This document shows, piece by piece, positions 1-526 of a stretch of 526 bases of DNA. The DNA is from a phage: the sequence record EF517076.1; one strand, given 5' to 3'. The notes below the pieces were generated by a model. That model searched no databases. It saw nothing but the letters and a program-made list of their open reading frames with translations, and was not told the origin of the DNA. The translations under genes were made by a program, and so were the position numbers. Within the stretch, counting starts at the first letter, position 1, and each line of letters starts with the position of its first letter.

Positions 1-1
1 G

Positions 2-238
2 GAAGGGGCTCGTCCGGTTAAACAGGTTGCTGGCGGTCTAGCTGGTCTGGCTGGTGGTACTGATGAAGCACAGATGGTGGAAGTACCACAAGCTGCCGCA
101 CAGATTGTTGACGTACCTGAGAAAGAGGTTTCCACTGAGGACGAAGCACAGACAGAAAGCGGACGCAAGAAAGCTCGTGCTGGCGGTAAGAAATCCTTGA
201 GTGTAGCCCGTAGCTCCGATGGCGGTATCAACATTTAA
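2..238 (+). CDS. 7.3: Partial CDS (5' end lies upstream of the window): C-terminal 78 aa of a small Gly/Ala-rich, basic phage protein resembling T7 gp7.3 (tail-associated / adsorption protein)
   Basis: Frame 2 is open from base 2 to TAA at 236-238; frames 1 and 3 on the same strand carry stops (TAA 19-21; TAG 39-41, TGA 198-200, TAG 204-206). Translation: EGARPVKQVAGGLAGLAGGTDEAQMVEVPQAAAQIVDVPEKEVSTEDEAQTESGRKKARAGGKKSLSVARSSDGGINI*. Arg codons are all CGN, typical of highly expressed E. coli phage genes. Assignment to gp7.3 is from memory of the T7 protein, not a search. Synteny with the downstream HNH gene matches the T7 7.3-7.7 arrangement. Confidence 0.75.
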   Translation, partial: EGARPVKQVAGGLAGLAGGTDEAQMVEVPQAAAQIVDVPEKEVSTEDEAQTESGRKKARAGGKKSLSVARSSDGGINI

Positions 239-240
239 TC

Positions 241-246
241 AGGAGG
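241..246 (+). promoter_or_regulatory. Shine-Dalgarno ribosome-binding site (AGGAGG) for the downstream HNH gene
   Basis: Exact AGGAGG at 241-246, 5 nt upstream of GTG at 252-254; it begins 2 nt after the upstream stop codon, implying co-transcription and possible translational coupling. Confidence 0.7.
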
Positions 247-251
247 TTATC

Positions 252-526
252 GTGGAAGACTGCATTGAATGGACCGGAGGTGTCAACTCTAAGGGTTATG
301 GTCGTAAGTGGGTTAATGGTAAATTTGTGACTCCACATAGGCACATCTATGAGGAAACATATGGTCCAGTTCCAACAGGAATTGTGGTGATGCATATCTG
401 CGATAACCCTAGGTGCTATAACATAAAGCACCTTACGCTTGGAACTCCAAAGAATAATTCCGAGGACATGGTTACCAAAGGTAGACAGGCTAAAGAAGAG
501 GAATTAAGCAAGAAACTTACAGAGTC
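252..526 (+). CDS. 7.7: Partial CDS (3' end lies downstream of the window): HNH endonuclease, HNH_3-type homing-endonuclease-like protein resembling T7 gp7.7
   Basis: GTG start at 252 preceded by AGGAGG; frame open to the window end (91 codons). Translation: (M/V)EDCIEWTGGVNSKGYGRKWVNGKFVTPHRHIYEETYGPVPTGIVVMHICDNPRCYNIKHLTLGTPKNNSEDMVTKGRQAKEELSKKLTE... Shows the N-terminal C-x-E-W-T-G...GYG motif and the HNH core (H-R-H...V-M-H-I-C-D-N...N-I-K-H-L-T-L-G-T) typical of phage HNH_3 family endonucleases. Gene symbol is by recollection of T7 gene order, not by search. Confidence 0.88.
   Translation, partial: MEDCIEWTGGVNSKGYGRKWVNGKFVTPHRHIYEETYGPVPTGIVVMHICDNPRCYNIKHLTLGTPKNNSEDMVTKGRQAKEEELSKKLTE

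Noticed and set aside
28-187. 10-bp direct repeat TGCTGGCGGT at 28-37 and 178-187
   Set aside because: Both copies lie in frame within the same CDS encoding Ala-Gly-Gly; most simply explained by repeated amino-acid and codon usage rather than a CRISPR repeat, att site or transposon end.
219-221. In-frame ATG as alternative start of the HNH gene
   Set aside because: No Shine-Dalgarno upstream and it would overlap the preceding gene by 20 nt; GTG at 252 with AGGAGG at 241-246 is the better-supported start. Retained only as a caveat.
228-431. Minus-strand 67-aa ORF from the supplied track (MLYVIAPRVIADMHHHNSCWNWTICFLIDVPMWSHKFTINPLTTITLRVDTSGPFNAVFHDNLLIKC)
   Set aside because: It is entirely antisense to the + strand gene junction and the well-supported HNH CDS, starts with GTG, and has no recognisable domain features; its Cys/Trp/His-rich composition is typical of antisense translation. 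The + strand frames have clear family-level protein signatures. Most likely a spurious ORF.
1-526. Search for T7-type promoter (TAATACGACTCACTATAGGG-like), rho-independent terminator hairpins, tRNA or other ncRNA structure
   Set aside because: No match to the T7 promoter consensus on either strand, and no GC-rich stem followed by a T-run; the window is almost entirely coding with a 13-nt intergenic gap.
1-526. Possibility of a novel defence or anti-defence system in this window
   Set aside because: Both genes fit known T7-group late-region proteins (gp7.3-like and HNH gp7.7-like). Nothing in the sequence requires a new system; claiming one would be unsupported.

Overview
The window reads as two co-directional + strand genes from a T7-group (Autographiviridae-like) phage, both truncated by the window edges. 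Bases 2..238 encode the C-terminal 78 codons of a small Gly/Ala-rich, basic protein that I recognise from memory as resembling T7 gp7.3 (tail-associated/adsorption protein), ending at TAA 236-238. Two bases later a consensus Shine-Dalgarno AGGAGG (241-246) precedes a GTG start at 252 that opens an HNH endonuclease gene (HNH_3-type, homing-endonuclease-like, resembling T7 gp7.7) running off the 3' end of the window. The only ORF in the supplied track (minus strand, 228..431) is antisense to these genes and I judge it spurious. I found no RNA genes, CRISPR repeats, mobile-element termini, phage promoters or terminators. I see no evidence of a novel system: this looks like a known, compact phage late-gene junction. 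The most notable points are the freestanding HNH gene, which has visibly different base composition and codon usage from its neighbour, and an exact Chi octamer inside the upstream gene. All identifications rest on reading the sequence and on recollection of protein families; no database search was run.
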